A DNA stretch of 64,000 bases from contig DASWWW010000002.1 of assembly GCA_036400935.1 (NCBI GenBank), positions 137,529 through 201,528 of the forward strand, given 5' to 3'. Position numbers and translations under genes: made by a program. Shown here one piece after another: positions 17,311 to 27,414 of the stretch (the first letter of the stretch is position 1; each line of letters starts with the position of its first letter). This stretch comes from Minisyncoccota bacterium. GTDB lineage: Bacteria > Patescibacteriota > Minisyncoccia > Phycocordibacterales > UBA6065. Below the pieces are notes generated by a model. That model had not been told where the DNA came from. It ran no database searches and was given only the letters and a program-made list of their open reading frames with translations.

Positions 17311-19059
17311 ATGTCTTCTATAGAACATATCCGACACTCATTCGCCCACCTGCTCGCAGCAGCCATCGGCGACCTGTACCCAGGCGTAAAGAACACCATC
17401 GGCCCGGCGGTCGACAACGGCTTCTACTACGACTTCGACTTCTCTGCCGTCGAGGGCGGCAAGATCCCGTCGGACAAGGACTTCAACGCCATCCAGAACA
17501 AGATGCGCGGCATCCTCAAGGCCTGGAAGGGCTTCGAGGGCAAGGAGGTCTCAGAAGCCGAGGCAAAGGAGCTTTTCAAGGATAATCCGTACAAGCTCGA
17601 GCTCATCGCAGAGATCGTAAACAAGGGAGAGAAGATCACCCTCTACACCTCGGGCAACTTTACCGACCTCTGCCGAGGAGGCCATGCCGAGATCAAGGAG
17701 ATGAAGGGCGACGCCTTCAGGCTCGAGCGATTGGCCGGCGCGTACTGGCGTGGCAATGAGAAGAACGCCATGCTCACCCGCATATACGGCCTGGCATTCG
17801 AGTCCAAGGAAGCGCTCGAGAAGTACGAGAAGGACCAGGAGGAAGCAAAGAAGCGCGACCACCGCGCCATCGGCGAGAAGCTCGATCTCTTCTGCTTTGA
17901 CGAGTCTATTGGCAAGGGCCTCCCTATCTGGCTGCCAAAAGGAAACATCATCAAGGAGACCCTCGAAAAGTGGGCCAAGGAGACCGAGGAGGCATGGGGC
18001 TACCAGCGCGTAACGACGCCAGTAATCACAAAGGAGAATCTTTTCTACACCTCCGGCCACCTGCCTCTCTACAAGGACAGCATGTACGCCCCTATCGTCA
18101 TCGAGGACGAAAACTTCTACATCAAGCCGATGAACTGCCCATTCCACCACAAGGTGTTCTCGGCTCGCCCTCGCAGCTATCGCGAGCTTCCATTGCGCGT
18201 TGCTGAATACGGCTGGTGCCATAGGTACGAGGACTCAGGCAGCCTCTTTGGCCTCATGCGCGTGCGCGGCATGCAGATGAACGATGCCCACATATACGTG
18301 CCTCTCGAGCAGGCCGTTGAGGAATTCGTGCAGGTCATCAAGCTCCATGAGTACTACTACAAGATCCTCGGCATTAAGAACTACCAGATGGAGCTTGCGC
18401 TGCGCGACCCGAAGAAGATGGACAAGTACCACGGCAACGAGGAAGATTGGAAACTTGCCGAGAAAATGACTATCGAGGCTATGGAGAAATCCGGCGTGCC
18501 ATTCAAGGTTGTTCACGAAGGCGCCGCATTCTATGGGCCAAAAATGGACTTCCAGATCTTCTCATCCATCGGCCGAGCATTCACCGCGTCGACAAACCAG
18601 CTCGACCTCTTTATGGGCAAGAAATTCGATCTCGAATACACGGCCAAGGATGGCACCAAGAAGACCCCTGCAGTCATCCATCGCGCCCCTCTCGGCACGC
18701 ACGAGCGATTCATCGGCTTCCTTATCGAGCATTTCGGAGGCAATTTCCCTCTCTGGCTCTCTCCTGTGCAGGTGAAGGTCATTCCTGTGCGCGAGAATCA
18801 TGACGCGGCGGCCACGGCTGCAGCGGATCTCCTCAAGAAAGCCGGACTCCGCGTCGACCTCGACACCTCCGATGCCGGCTTCGGCAAGAAGGTCCGCGAG
18901 GCAAAAGACTACAAGGTCCCTTACACAATCATCATCGGCGACAAGGACATCGAGGCAGGCGTAGTCACCCTCGAGTCCCGTGACAAGGGCAAGGTCGGCG
19001 CCATGAAGATCGAAGAGGTAGTGGCGATGCTCTCGAAAGAGTCAGAAGCAAAGGCGTAG
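17311..19059 (+). CDS. thrS: Threonyl-tRNA synthetase (no TGS domain)
   Basis: IRHSFAHLLA, DLCRGGH, RDHR, KPMNCP, GAAFYGPK, IHRAPLGTHERF. Confidence 0.98.
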   Translation: MSSIEHIRHSFAHLLAAAIGDLYPGVKNTIGPAVDNGFYYDFDFSAVEGGKIPSDKDFNAIQNKMRGILKAWKGFEGKEVSEAEAKELFKDNPYKLELIAEIVNKGEKITLYTSGNFTDLCRGGHAEIKEMKGDAFRLERLAGAYWRGNEKNAMLTRIYGLAFESKEALEKYEKDQEEAKKRDHRAIGEKLDLFCFDESIGKGLPIWLPKGNIIKETLEKWAKETEEAWGYQRVTTPVITKENLFYTSGHLPLYKDSMYAPIVIEDENFYIKPMNCPFHHKVFSARPRSYRELPLRVAEYGWCHRYEDSGSLFGLMRVRGMQMNDAHIYVPLEQAVEEFVQVIKLHEYYYKILGIKNYQMELALRDPKKMDKYHGNEEDWKLAEKMTIEAMEKSGVPFKVVHEGAAFYGPKMDFQIFSSIGRAFTASTNQLDLFMGKKFDLEYTAKDGTKKTPAVIHRAPLGTHERFIGFLIEHFGGNFPLWLSPVQVKVIPVRENHDAAATAAADLLKKAGLRVDLDTSDAGFGKKVREAKDYKVPYTIIIGDKDIEAGVVTLESRDKGKVGAMKIEEVVAMLSKESEAKA

Positions 19060-19081
19060 CGCGCAAAGACGGACAAAGAAA

Positions 19082-19109
19082 AAAGGCCGCCTCTAGCGAG
19101 GCGGCCTTT
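19082..19109. terminator. Bidirectional terminator after thrS
   Basis: AAAGGCCGCCTC-TAGC-GAGGCGGCCTTT. Confidence 0.8.
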
Positions 19110-19131
19110 GCATTAAATTGATGTAGACCTA

Positions 19132-19326
19132 CTAATCGGGAAATGAGCTGGGAGCCTTTTCCAGAAGCTCCTTAACAGTCATGTCGAGTTCGTCGGCAAT
19201 GTGCTGAAGCTGAGATTCAACCTCAGGAGTACGCGTGACGTAGCGCAGCCGAGAGGCTTGCTCTAGATACCCATCGCGGTCGATAGCGGAAAGGACAGCC
19301 ATATATTTGGAAATAGTATACGCCAT
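19132..19326 (-). CDS. Small hypothetical protein (64 aa)
   Basis: MAYTISKYMAVLSAIDRDGYLEQ...; internal start of the 19132..19593 ORF that avoids overlap with the upstream gene. Confidence 0.5.
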   Translation of the reverse strand: MAYTISKYMAVLSAIDRDGYLEQASRLRYVTRTPEVESQLQHIADELDMTVKELLEKAPSSFPD

Positions 19327-19357
19327 ATGGGTATTTTGTAAATAAAAAAGCCGCACG

Positions 19358-19678
19358 CTATTGTGCGGGCGGCGGATCTGAAATAGTAAGCCCCGGCAAG
19401 ACCGCTTTATCTTCTTTGGCGCTTGGGCTATAAAGAGACTTCTTAAAGAAAATTTCAGAAACATTAAATGCGATCTGATATATCCAAAGAGGTACAGAGC
19501 CAATAAGCAGAACATTGTCACACTCAGACTCCGGTATCGCTTCAACATAAGCCAGCGCATTCCGGTATATCGCCAAGTGATTCCCCCTTTCATTTATCGG
19601 GAACTTATCTTCAGGCTTTGCAAACCTACAGCCCTTGTAGAAAGCGGAATTCGCATCCGACAAATCGATGGTAACCAT
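19358..19678 (-). CDS. Hypothetical protein (106 aa), weak Csx3-like motif
   Basis: AT-richer ORF with upstream TTGACT/TATACT promoter-like sequence; VLLIGSVPLWIY motif. Confidence 0.55.
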   Translation of the reverse strand: MVTIDLSDANSAFYKGCRFAKPEDKFPINERGNHLAIYRNALAYVEAIPESECDNVLLIGSVPLWIYQIAFNVSEIFFKKSLYSPSAKEDKAVLPGLTISDPPPAQ

Positions 19679-19786
19679 AAAATGTACTAACGGACCCGTT
19701 CCGTTTTGCTACAACCTAGTATAGCGACCGGGATAAGTCAACGATACGAAAAGCCGCCCTTGCGGGCGGCTCTCCTATTTGAATGA

Positions 19787-21874
19787 CTATACGTCAATCG
19801 TTGCCTTGTGGGCGTTGGACTGGATGAAGGACTTTCGGGACGGAACGTCGGTACCCATGAGCATATCGAATACCTTGTCTGCGTCCTGGGCGTCGGCGAT
19901 GTTGACCTGCTTGAGGATTCGGCGAGCCGGGTCCATGGTCGTCTCCCAAAGCTCTTCCGAGTTCATCTCTCCGAGACCCTTGTATCGCTGGACGTAGAGC
20001 TTTGGGGCCTTCTTGCCGCCCTTGGCGTCGGCAGATTCCTCGGCTTCAGCCTCTGCGGCTGCCTCGTCCGTGATGACCTCCTCCTCGAGAGGGATCTCGT
20101 CCTTTCCGAGGACCTTGGTCTTCTCCTCTTCGGAGTAGAAGTACATGATCTCCTTGCCCCTCTTAACCTTGTAGAGCGGCGGCTGGGCGATATAGATGTA
20201 TCCACCCTCGATCAGAGGCTTGAAGTACCTGTACATGAGAGTGAGGATGAGCGTTCGGATGTGCGCGCCGTCGACGTCCGCATCGGTAGCGATGATGATC
20301 TTGTGATAGCGGAGCTTCGAGATGTCGAACGTCTCGCCGATAGCCGTTCCCATGGCCACGACAAGATTCTTGATCTGCTCCGATCCGAGCATGCGGTCGA
20401 GGCGGGCTCGCTCGATGTTGAGGATCTTTCCTCGGAGCGGGAGGATGGCCTGAGTCTTTCGGTTTCGGCCGGTCTTTGCCGTACCTCCCGCGGAGTCTCC
20501 CTCCACGATGAAGATCTCGGAGACCGAAGCGTCGTCAGATTCGCAGTCGGCAAGCTTTCCCGGGAGCGTCATGCCTTCGAGGGCGCCCTTTCGCAGGATA
20601 GAATCCTTTGCCGCCTTTGCCGCCTTTCGGGCGCGCAATGCGAGGATTGCCTTTGAAATGATTGCCTTGGCGTCGTCAGGATTCTCCTCGAGGAACATGG
20701 TGAATGCCTCGCCGAATACGGTCGCGGTCGCGGCCTGTGCCTCGACGGAGCCGAGCTTGGCCTTTGTCTGGCCTTCGAACTGGATCTCCCGGAGCTTTAC
20801 GGAAACGGCCGCGGTGAGGCCCTCGAGCACGTCGTCGCCGGTAAAGTTCTCCTCGCTTTCCTTGGTCAGGCCGTTCTTGCGGGAATAGCTGTTGAGGATA
20901 CGGGTGAGCGCGGTCTTGAAGCCGGTGATATGGGTACCGCCTTCTGAGTTATAGATATTGTTCGCGAACGGCAGGATACGCGACGAGATGTCGTCGACGT
21001 ACTGGAGCGCGATCTCTACCGACTCGACGCCTTCGACCTTCTTCTCTACGTAGAAGATGTTCTTGTGAACGGGCTTCTGTATGAAGTTGGTGAAGCGGAC
21101 GAGCGAGACGAGGCCTCCCTCGAAATAGAATGCCTCTGACGGAGAGTCAATGTTGAGCTCGCGGAAATAGTGCACGCCCTCGAGGTCGATCTGGCCGGCA
21201 TAGTCGCGGGCGTCGATGATAGTGATGCGGAGGCCGCGCACGAGATACGCCTGCTGTCGCAAGTAGTTCACCATTCGCCTGAAGTCGAACTTCTGGACGC
21301 CGAAGATGGCGGTATCAGGCTCGAACATGACGACGGTGCCGTGGGCCTTCGAGCTGCCGATCTTCTTTACGGCAGCCTTCTTCTTGCCCTGAGAGTATTC
21401 CTGCATGAAAATTCCGCCATCCTTGTGGACCTCGACGCGGCACATGATAGAGAGGGCGTTCACCACGGACGCACCCACTCCGTGAAGGCCTCCGGAAACC
21501 TTGTAGCCCGAATCCTCGCCTCCGAACTTTCCTCCGGCATGGAGGACGGTCATGATGGTCTCGAGAGCGGAGACCTTTGTCGTCTTGTGGACGTCTACGG
21601 GGATGCCTCGGCCGTTATCGACGACACGGACGATCTCGTTTCCGTGCTCGCCCTTCATGAAGGTGATCTCGATGTCGTTCGCGTGGCCTCCCATGGCCTC
21701 GTCGCGGGAGTTGTCGAAGATTTCGTTGATGAGGTGATGGAAGCCGTCTGGGCCGGTCGTTCCGATGTACATTCCGGGGCGCTTTCGGACGGGCTCGAGA
21801 CCCTCGAGGACCTGGATCGAATCGGCACCGTACGAATCCTGCTTCTTGGTGTTTTTAGTATCTTCTTTGGCCAT
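19787..21874 (-). CDS. gyrB: DNA gyrase subunit B
   Basis: VRKRPGMYIG, DNGRGIP, GGLHGVG, EGDSAGG, PLRGKILN, DADVDG, QRYKGLGEM. Confidence 0.97.
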   Translation of the reverse strand: MAKEDTKNTKKQDSYGADSIQVLEGLEPVRKRPGMYIGTTGPDGFHHLINEIFDNSRDEAMGGHANDIEITFMKGEHGNEIVRVVDNGRGIPVDVHKTTKVSALETIMTVLHAGGKFGGEDSGYKVSGGLHGVGASVVNALSIMCRVEVHKDGGIFMQEYSQGKKKAAVKKIGSSKAHGTVVMFEPDTAIFGVQKFDFRRMVNYLRQQAYLVRGLRITIIDARDYAGQIDLEGVHYFRELNIDSPSEAFYFEGGLVSLVRFTNFIQKPVHKNIFYVEKKVEGVESVEIALQYVDDISSRILPFANNIYNSEGGTHITGFKTALTRILNSYSRKNGLTKESEENFTGDDVLEGLTAAVSVKLREIQFEGQTKAKLGSVEAQAATATVFGEAFTMFLEENPDDAKAIISKAILALRARKAAKAAKDSILRKGALEGMTLPGKLADCESDDASVSEIFIVEGDSAGGTAKTGRNRKTQAILPLRGKILNIERARLDRMLGSEQIKNLVVAMGTAIGETFDISKLRYHKIIIATDADVDGAHIRTLILTLMYRYFKPLIEGGYIYIAQPPLYKVKRGKEIMYFYSEEEKTKVLGKDEIPLEEEVITDEAAAEAEAEESADAKGGKKAPKLYVQRYKGLGEMNSEELWETTMDPARRILKQVNIADAQDADKVFDMLMGTDVPSRKSFIQSNAHKATIDV

Positions 21875-22038
21875 ACATATGGGTTAAATGTGAGAAAAGT
21901 ATACCAAATTTGGCGCTTTATCGCCCATTGACAAATGAACTATTTCTGGTACTATACCCACAGAAACGGCTCTAGGCATAGGTTGAATGGGACAAAGAAA
22001 GCACGGCTCGCCCGCGCTCTGTTTGTCCCACTTAATCA

Positions 22039-22437
22039 ATGTCTTACAGATCGAAATTCCAAAAAATCAGTACGACAATCCTCGTACTTGTCGGCGCGGC
22101 GGTGATACAGGCCTGCACCCATTGGGGAGTAACGGCATGCCTGGCATTCTTCATCGCCTTCCTGGCTAATCGCCAAACCACAGACTGGCAGCATCGGATG
22201 TTCGCCCCGGCAATGATCCTCGGCAGCCTCGTCGGGCGGACCGCGGTAGATTTTCTCAAGCACTCGAAGAGCCCGCTCGACCTCTGGGGCACTCCGGGGA
22301 TCTATTGGCTGGCCGTAAGCCTGCTGGTGATCGCCGGATGCTACTACCTGGGTACCATCATCGAGAAACACCTTCACGCGCTTGCGACGAAAATGCAATC
22401 GAAGCGCAATGTCAGAGTCAGAGAGACGTACCTCTAA
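22039..22437 (+). CDS. Hypothetical membrane protein
   Basis: Several hydrophobic segments; own promoter TTGACA/TACTAT near 21928-21955 and downstream hairpin. Confidence 0.6.
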   Translation: MSYRSKFQKISTTILVLVGAAVIQACTHWGVTACLAFFIAFLANRQTTDWQHRMFAPAMILGSLVGRTAVDFLKHSKSPLDLWGTPGIYWLAVSLLVIAGCYYLGTIIEKHLHALATKMQSKRNVRVRETYL

Positions 22438-22480
22438 GGGTCGTCTCTTTTTTATATTCAAGAAAGCTGCGCGGAGCGAG

Positions 22481-24460
22481 CTAACGAACCTCCCAACCCT
22501 TTGCCTTTACGGCCGCATAGATAGCCTGCATGAAGGCATTCACCTCATCGTCAGAAAGCGTCTTTGAGAAAGACTGGAAAATCATGCGGAAAGCGTACGA
22601 AGTCTTGCCGTCCTTGGTGAAGGCGTCGAACATGTCGGGCCCCTTTACGAGAAGCTCGCTGGCCGCTGACTGGGCCGCGGCTTTTATAGTAGCGGCGACC
22701 TCCTCCCCATTCACCGTCGCGGGCACGAAGAGGGCGATGTCGCGGCTGATGAACGGATAATGCGAGAACGGCACGTATTTCTTGTCCTTCGGAAGCGCCT
22801 TGAAATCGAGATCCTTGAGAGACGCTGATTGAGCGCCATTCTTTGCAGAAAGCTTTGTGACGAGTGCGTCGAAATCAGCCTCGATAATCGCGCCGAACTG
22901 CCCCACCTCGATCTTTGCGTCGAGCGATACGGCCAAGGCCGCTTCAAGATTCGCCACGGCATCCTTCAGGACGGACTCGGACGTGACACCCTTCTTTTTC
23001 TTTACCTGGGAGACGCCAATGCAGATAGAGGTCTTTTCGCCGGTCTTCGGGAAAACCCTGCCGATCTCACACATGCGGATCGTCTCGAGGCCGAGAAGGT
23101 CGGCGTTGCGGGCATTATCGACGAGAGCCTGCGAGAGCTTTGGAGAGAGCCTCTCTCGCAATGCCGACTTGTCGCTCGCCAACGGATAGGTGACTTCGAA
23201 TGCGCCCTTCGGGACGAGGACGTAGAGGATCATCTCGGAGAATCCGGCAGAAACGAGGACGCTCTTCACTTTCTCTGACCAATAGAACGTCGAATCGATG
23301 GCGACCGGAGCGATATCGGGAGTCTGTACGCCGACCAATTCGCCGTAGCCCTTGATGCGGGCGATCTCGTCGCTCACATCCTCGGTAATGATCATGTCCA
23401 AACGGTCCAAGGGCGGTGTAACTGAAAGCATGTCTCCTGAAACGGAAACCTCGCAGCCCTGTCTCTTCAGAATATCCTCTACCTCGGCCTGCGAAACCGG
23501 CATGCCGACCATCGATGAAATGTATGAAACGGGAACGGTAACGGTCCATGGTCGGGCCGGGGCAGGATAGATATCTGTCGCGATGCCCGCTTTTGCTGGC
23601 GATACGGCATTCGCGCCCGCATCTTTCGAGAGCTCGAGTATGAGAGCGGTCACCTGATCCAGGGCGCGGGACGCGAGATCGGGTGTGATCTCGTTCTCGA
23701 ATCGCTTTGACGAGTCGTTTCGCAAATTCGTGCGGGTGGCGGTGCGGCGGACGGTCGTTGGATTGAAATTGGCCGCCTCGATGATGATATTTTTCGTAGA
23801 CTTGGTGACTTCGGCGCGCTTGCCCCCTTTGACGCCGGCGATAGCAAGCGCGCCGAGGGTATCCGCGATGACGAGGTCGCTCTCCTTGAGCTCGATCTCG
23901 CGGCCGTCGAGGATGGTGATCTTCTCGCCTGCCATCGCCTTGCGCACGGTGATGACGCCCTGGACCTTATCAGCGTCGAAAGCGTGCAGGGGCTGGCCCA
24001 TGTCGAACATGACGAAATTAGTGGCGTCGACGATGGCGTTTATCGAGCGGGCGCCGATAGCGGTCAGCCTCTCGGAGAGCCACGCAGGCGAATCGGCGCC
24101 CGCCACCCCGTCCACCCTACGCGCCATATAGCGCGGGCAGAGCTTCGAATCCGTAACATGAACGAGAACCTCCGCAACGGTCTTGTCAGGGGCAATTTCG
24201 GGCTCTACAGAGGCTTTTAGAGGCATTTTCGCGATAACGCTCGCCTCCCGAGCGATACCGGCATGGCACAGGGCGTAATGGCTGCGATCAGGCAGGATTT
24301 TCAAATCAAGAACAGAGTCGGCATCTGCAACACCATCAAGCGCGGCCTTCTCCATGCCCTCAAGCTCGAACGCATGCGCATTGAAAAGCTCGCCGAGCTT
24401 TTCCGGATCCGGAAGCTTGTCTGCGAAATACGTCTGGAGCCATGCGTACGAGATTTTCAT
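22481..24460 (-). CDS. pheT: Phenylalanyl-tRNA synthetase beta subunit (shortened)
   Basis: MKISYAWL, GQPLHAFD, SKRFE, EIARIKGY, C-terminal FDX-ACB (RDIAL...KTSYAFRMIFQ...TLSDDEV). Confidence 0.95.
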   Translation of the reverse strand: MKISYAWLQTYFADKLPDPEKLGELFNAHAFELEGMEKAALDGVADADSVLDLKILPDRSHYALCHAGIAREASVIAKMPLKASVEPEIAPDKTVAEVLVHVTDSKLCPRYMARRVDGVAGADSPAWLSERLTAIGARSINAIVDATNFVMFDMGQPLHAFDADKVQGVITVRKAMAGEKITILDGREIELKESDLVIADTLGALAIAGVKGGKRAEVTKSTKNIIIEAANFNPTTVRRTATRTNLRNDSSKRFENEITPDLASRALDQVTALILELSKDAGANAVSPAKAGIATDIYPAPARPWTVTVPVSYISSMVGMPVSQAEVEDILKRQGCEVSVSGDMLSVTPPLDRLDMIITEDVSDEIARIKGYGELVGVQTPDIAPVAIDSTFYWSEKVKSVLVSAGFSEMILYVLVPKGAFEVTYPLASDKSALRERLSPKLSQALVDNARNADLLGLETIRMCEIGRVFPKTGEKTSICIGVSQVKKKKGVTSESVLKDAVANLEAALAVSLDAKIEVGQFGAIIEADFDALVTKLSAKNGAQSASLKDLDFKALPKDKKYVPFSHYPFISRDIALFVPATVNGEEVAATIKAAAQSAASELLVKGPDMFDAFTKDGKTSYAFRMIFQSFSKTLSDDEVNAFMQAIYAAVKAKGWEVR

Positions 24461-24487
24461 ATGGTTTGAAAATGGGCGAAAATGCGC

Positions 24488-25225
24488 TTAAAACTGATTG
24501 ATCAAGCGGAGGTCGCCCGAATAAAGGTGGCGGATGTCGTCGATACCGTAGCGCAAGAGCACGAGTCGGTCGACGCCCATGCCGAAAGCGAATCCTTTCC
24601 AGACAGCGGGATCAAGCCCAGACGCCTTGATGACGTGAGGATGGACGAGACCGGCACCGCAGGCCTCGAGCCACTTGTTCTTCCACCAGACATCCACCTC
24701 CACTCCCGGCTCCACGAAGCCGAAGTAGCTCGAGCGGAAGCGGATCTTGGTCTCGGGGCCGAGGAATTCCTTGAAGAAGCGCTCCAAAGTTCCCTTCAGC
24801 TCCGCCATCGAGACAGACTTGTTCACATAAAGGCCCTCGAACTGATGGAACTGCGCCTCATGGGTCGCGTCGGTCGCCTCGTTTCGGTATACCTTGCCCG
24901 GGACGACGATCTTGAAGGGGCGCGGACTAGCGCCGTTTGCCGCTGCCTCTTTCGCGACCGATTCCATGAATCGGACCTGCACGGACGACGTTTGCGTGCG
25001 CATAACCTTGCGCTGTTCGCCTGGCTTGGTTCTTATCCAGAACGTGTCCTGCATATCGCGAGAAGGGTGATCGCCAGGCATATTCAGGGCATCGAAGTTA
25101 TAGAACTCAGTCTCGAGCTCCGGGCCCTGGGTAACGGAAAAACCCATCTTGTCGAAGATAGCGGACATCTCGCGGATAACGGATGTTACAGGATGAAGGT
25201 GGCCTTTCAGCGCGTCGTCTTTCAT
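24488..25225 (-). CDS. pheS: Phenylalanyl-tRNA synthetase alpha subunit (catalytic core only)
   Basis: GHLHP, NFDALN, HPSRDMQDTF, RTQTS, FHQFEG, GFAFGMGVDRL. Confidence 0.96.
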   Translation of the reverse strand: MKDDALKGHLHPVTSVIREMSAIFDKMGFSVTQGPELETEFYNFDALNMPGDHPSRDMQDTFWIRTKPGEQRKVMRTQTSSVQVRFMESVAKEAAANGASPRPFKIVVPGKVYRNEATDATHEAQFHQFEGLYVNKSVSMAELKGTLERFFKEFLGPETKIRFRSSYFGFVEPGVEVDVWWKNKWLEACGAGLVHPHVIKASGLDPAVWKGFAFGMGVDRLVLLRYGIDDIRHLYSGDLRLINQF

Positions 25226-25364
25226 GGCTTAGACTATAGCACTTTTGGCAGAAATTTCCACGCGCGGGCGCGATTGCGACGGCGCGGGCGAAGTGACTTT
25301 TTTAATATCTTAGGAAAACCTCAAATCCCTCAGCCCTTTCTGACAACGTTTTTCTCTCTATCTG

Positions 25365-25391
25365 ATTTTGTAGTATTTTTTACTACAAAAT
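25365..25391. repeat. 11-bp inverted repeat sharing its core with the 11088 element
   Basis: ATTTTGTAGTA-TTTTT-TACTACAAAAT. Confidence 0.8.
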
Positions 25392-25517
25392 GCCTACGAC
25401 GGAGAAAGTACTACCGCTACCTTTAGCCACGTCGCTTATCGCCTCATCCGCCAAGCAAAAACCGCCTTTTGGACGGTTTTTACGCTAGTCAATTCGCTGA
25501 TTGCTGGCCTACTTTTT

Positions 25518-25593
25518 TGGAGCCACCTCTCGGGCTTGAACCGAGGACCTACTGTTTACAAAACAGTTGCTCTACCAACTGAGCTAAGGTGGC
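25518..25593 (-). tRNA. tRNA-Thr(TGT), CCA encoded, discriminator U
   Basis: GCCACCTTAGCTCAGTTGGTAGAGCAACTGTTTTGTAAACAGTAGGTCCTCGGTTCAAGCCCGAGAGGTGGCTCCA cloverleaf. Confidence 0.97.
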
Positions 25594-25632
25594 ATGCGCC
25601 TTTCGGCGGTGCCCAACTAACTTACCACAACA

Positions 25633-26082
25633 TTACTTATTGTCCAAAGCGTCCTCAGCCGCCGCTTCCGTCCGCGCGGCGGTAACCGTCTCCTCAATCT
25701 TGCCCTCGCCGCCAGCCTTGGCGCCCTCCTTTACCTTCTTGAGGTAGAACGAGGCAGCGCCGCCGCGCACGAGATCCTCCTTCTTCTGAGAGGCCTTGGT
25801 CACGACGTCCGAGGACGCCTTGTGGACTTTGTGCGAGAAGTGCATCAAAAACCGAACGACGTGGACGAAAATATAATTCGCAAGCAATACGCCGTTTTTG
25901 ATCGTGAGGTACGACACGAATCGGCGCGTCTTGTGATGGACGTCGTGCAAAACCGGATCTGCCTTCGCGCGGACGGCATGGATGGGAGTTTTCACTCCTC
26001 GAGAGCTCTCGTAGCGCTTGTGAACGATGATTGCAGTCATCGCAGCGAACGAAACCGCTAGAAGCGAGAGCTCGACTACCAT
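25633..26082 (-). CDS. Hypothetical membrane-anchored protein
   Basis: N-terminal TM; 4 nt downstream of tsf, same strand. Confidence 0.7.
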   Translation of the reverse strand: MVVELSLLAVSFAAMTAIIVHKRYESSRGVKTPIHAVRAKADPVLHDVHHKTRRFVSYLTIKNGVLLANYIFVHVVRFLMHFSHKVHKASSDVVTKASQKKEDLVRGGAASFYLKKVKEGAKAGGEGKIEETVTAARTEAAAEDALDNK

Positions 26083-26086
26083 GGGA

Positions 26087-26566
26087 TTAAGCGCTGTAGC
26101 GCGTGAATCGCGTGATCTCGATCTTCTCGCCGAACTTCTGGGTTGCAGAAGAGAGAAGGCCCGCGACCGTTAGCTCGGGATTCTTGATGAAAGGCTGGTC
26201 CAAGAGGATAGACTCGGCAGGAGTGCCCGCTGGAGCGCCGTCCGCCTTTACGGCGACAGGGTTGGTAGCGGCGGTGTGCATAGCGATATCGTAAGCCATG
26301 GCCTTGAACTCAGGATTTCGCGCGACGAAGTCGGTCTCGCATGCGAGCTCGATCATGACGCCGACGGTGCCTGACGAATGAACGTACGCCGCGATCTGGG
26401 TAGCGTTGAGGGTCCGGTCGCCCTTCTTGGCAGCCGCCTCGCCCGCCTTCTCCTTTATGATGGCGAGAGCCTTCGCCTTGTCGCCGCCGGCAGCGTCGAG
26501 GGCCTTCTTGCACTGCATGACTGACACGCCGGTCTCTTCTCGAAGCTCTTTGATAAGGTCGTTCAT
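26087..26566 (-). CDS. tsf: Elongation factor Ts (short form, 159 aa)
   Basis: IKELREETGVSVMQCKKAL, ELACETDFVA, LLDQPFIK, ITRFTRY. Confidence 0.96.
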   Translation of the reverse strand: MNDLIKELREETGVSVMQCKKALDAAGGDKAKALAIIKEKAGEAAAKKGDRTLNATQIAAYVHSSGTVGVMIELACETDFVARNPEFKAMAYDIAMHTAATNPVAVKADGAPAGTPAESILLDQPFIKNPELTVAGLLSSATQKFGEKIEITRFTRYSA

Positions 26567-26648
26567 AAGGATAACGTTAAATGTATTAAGGTAGGGTCTA
26601 GTATAGCAGAAAGGCGGCCGTATTTCACGCGCCGCCCTCTGGTTTGGA

Positions 26649-27359
26649 TTACGCGGTCTTTACGACCTTTGCGTTCACGTACGCCGTAGCCAATTCGTTG
26701 AGGAAGAATGCGGCTGACGATGCTGAGCCGTCGTTCGCTGGGATTGCGTAGTCTACGAGAGAGAGGTCGCAGTCCGAGCTCGCGATTGCGATCACCGGTA
26801 CGCCCATCTGTCGTGCCTCTGCTACCGCGATGTACTCCTTCTTAGGGTCTACTACGATGAGAGCGCCTGGCTTCTCCTTTACCGAGACGATGCCTCCGAA
26901 GAGGGTCTCGAGCTTTGCGATCTCTCGATCGATGAGGAGTCGCTCCTTCTTGGTGTACTTTGCGAGCTCGCCCTTCTCCTTCTCCTTGAGTCGAGACTCG
27001 AACTTGTCGATTCGCTTTCGGATCTGGGTGAAGTTAGTGAGGGTGCCTCCGATCCATCGTCCGCCGACTACTGGCTGGCCAGCCTTGAGGGCTGCTGCCT
27101 TTACGGCTGGGATAGCCTCTGACTTGCCCGCGACGAAGAGAGCCTGCTTGCCCGCCGCTGAGACGGTAGCGAGGAAAGCCTTTGCCTTCTCGAGAGCCTC
27201 GGCTGTCTTATCAAGATCGAAGATCTCGATCTTGTTCTTTACGCCGAAAACGTACTGCTTTGTCGAAGGGTGGCGGCGCGCCTTTGCGAGGCCAAAGTGA
27301 GCCCCTACCTTGAACATCGCCTCGACCATCGAATTCTTGTCTTTTATAGTGTTTGCCAT
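26649..27359 (-). CDS. rpsB: 30S ribosomal protein S2
   Basis: GAHFG, RWIGGTLTNF, IPANDGS; start at ATG 27359. Confidence 0.97.
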   Translation of the reverse strand: MANTIKDKNSMVEAMFKVGAHFGLAKARRHPSTKQYVFGVKNKIEIFDLDKTAEALEKAKAFLATVSAAGKQALFVAGKSEAIPAVKAAALKAGQPVVGGRWIGGTLTNFTQIRKRIDKFESRLKEKEKGELAKYTKKERLLIDREIAKLETLFGGIVSVKEKPGALIVVDPKKEYIAVAEARQMGVPVIAIASSDCDLSLVDYAIPANDGSASSAAFFLNELATAYVNAKVVKTA

Positions 27360-27414
27360 AATTAAAATGTGTTCCGAAAGTCTAACAGATAGGCCGTAAA
27401 AAGGCAAGATTACC

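Noticed and set aside
25226-25426. Extension of a 314-aa plus-strand ORF (24482..25426) beyond pheS
   Set aside because: Antisense to pheS with no recognisable protein features; not considered a gene.
25226-25517. Possible T-box upstream of pheS
   Set aside because: No GGTGGnACC antiterminator motif on the minus strand; pheS has a -10 only 7 nt before its ATG.
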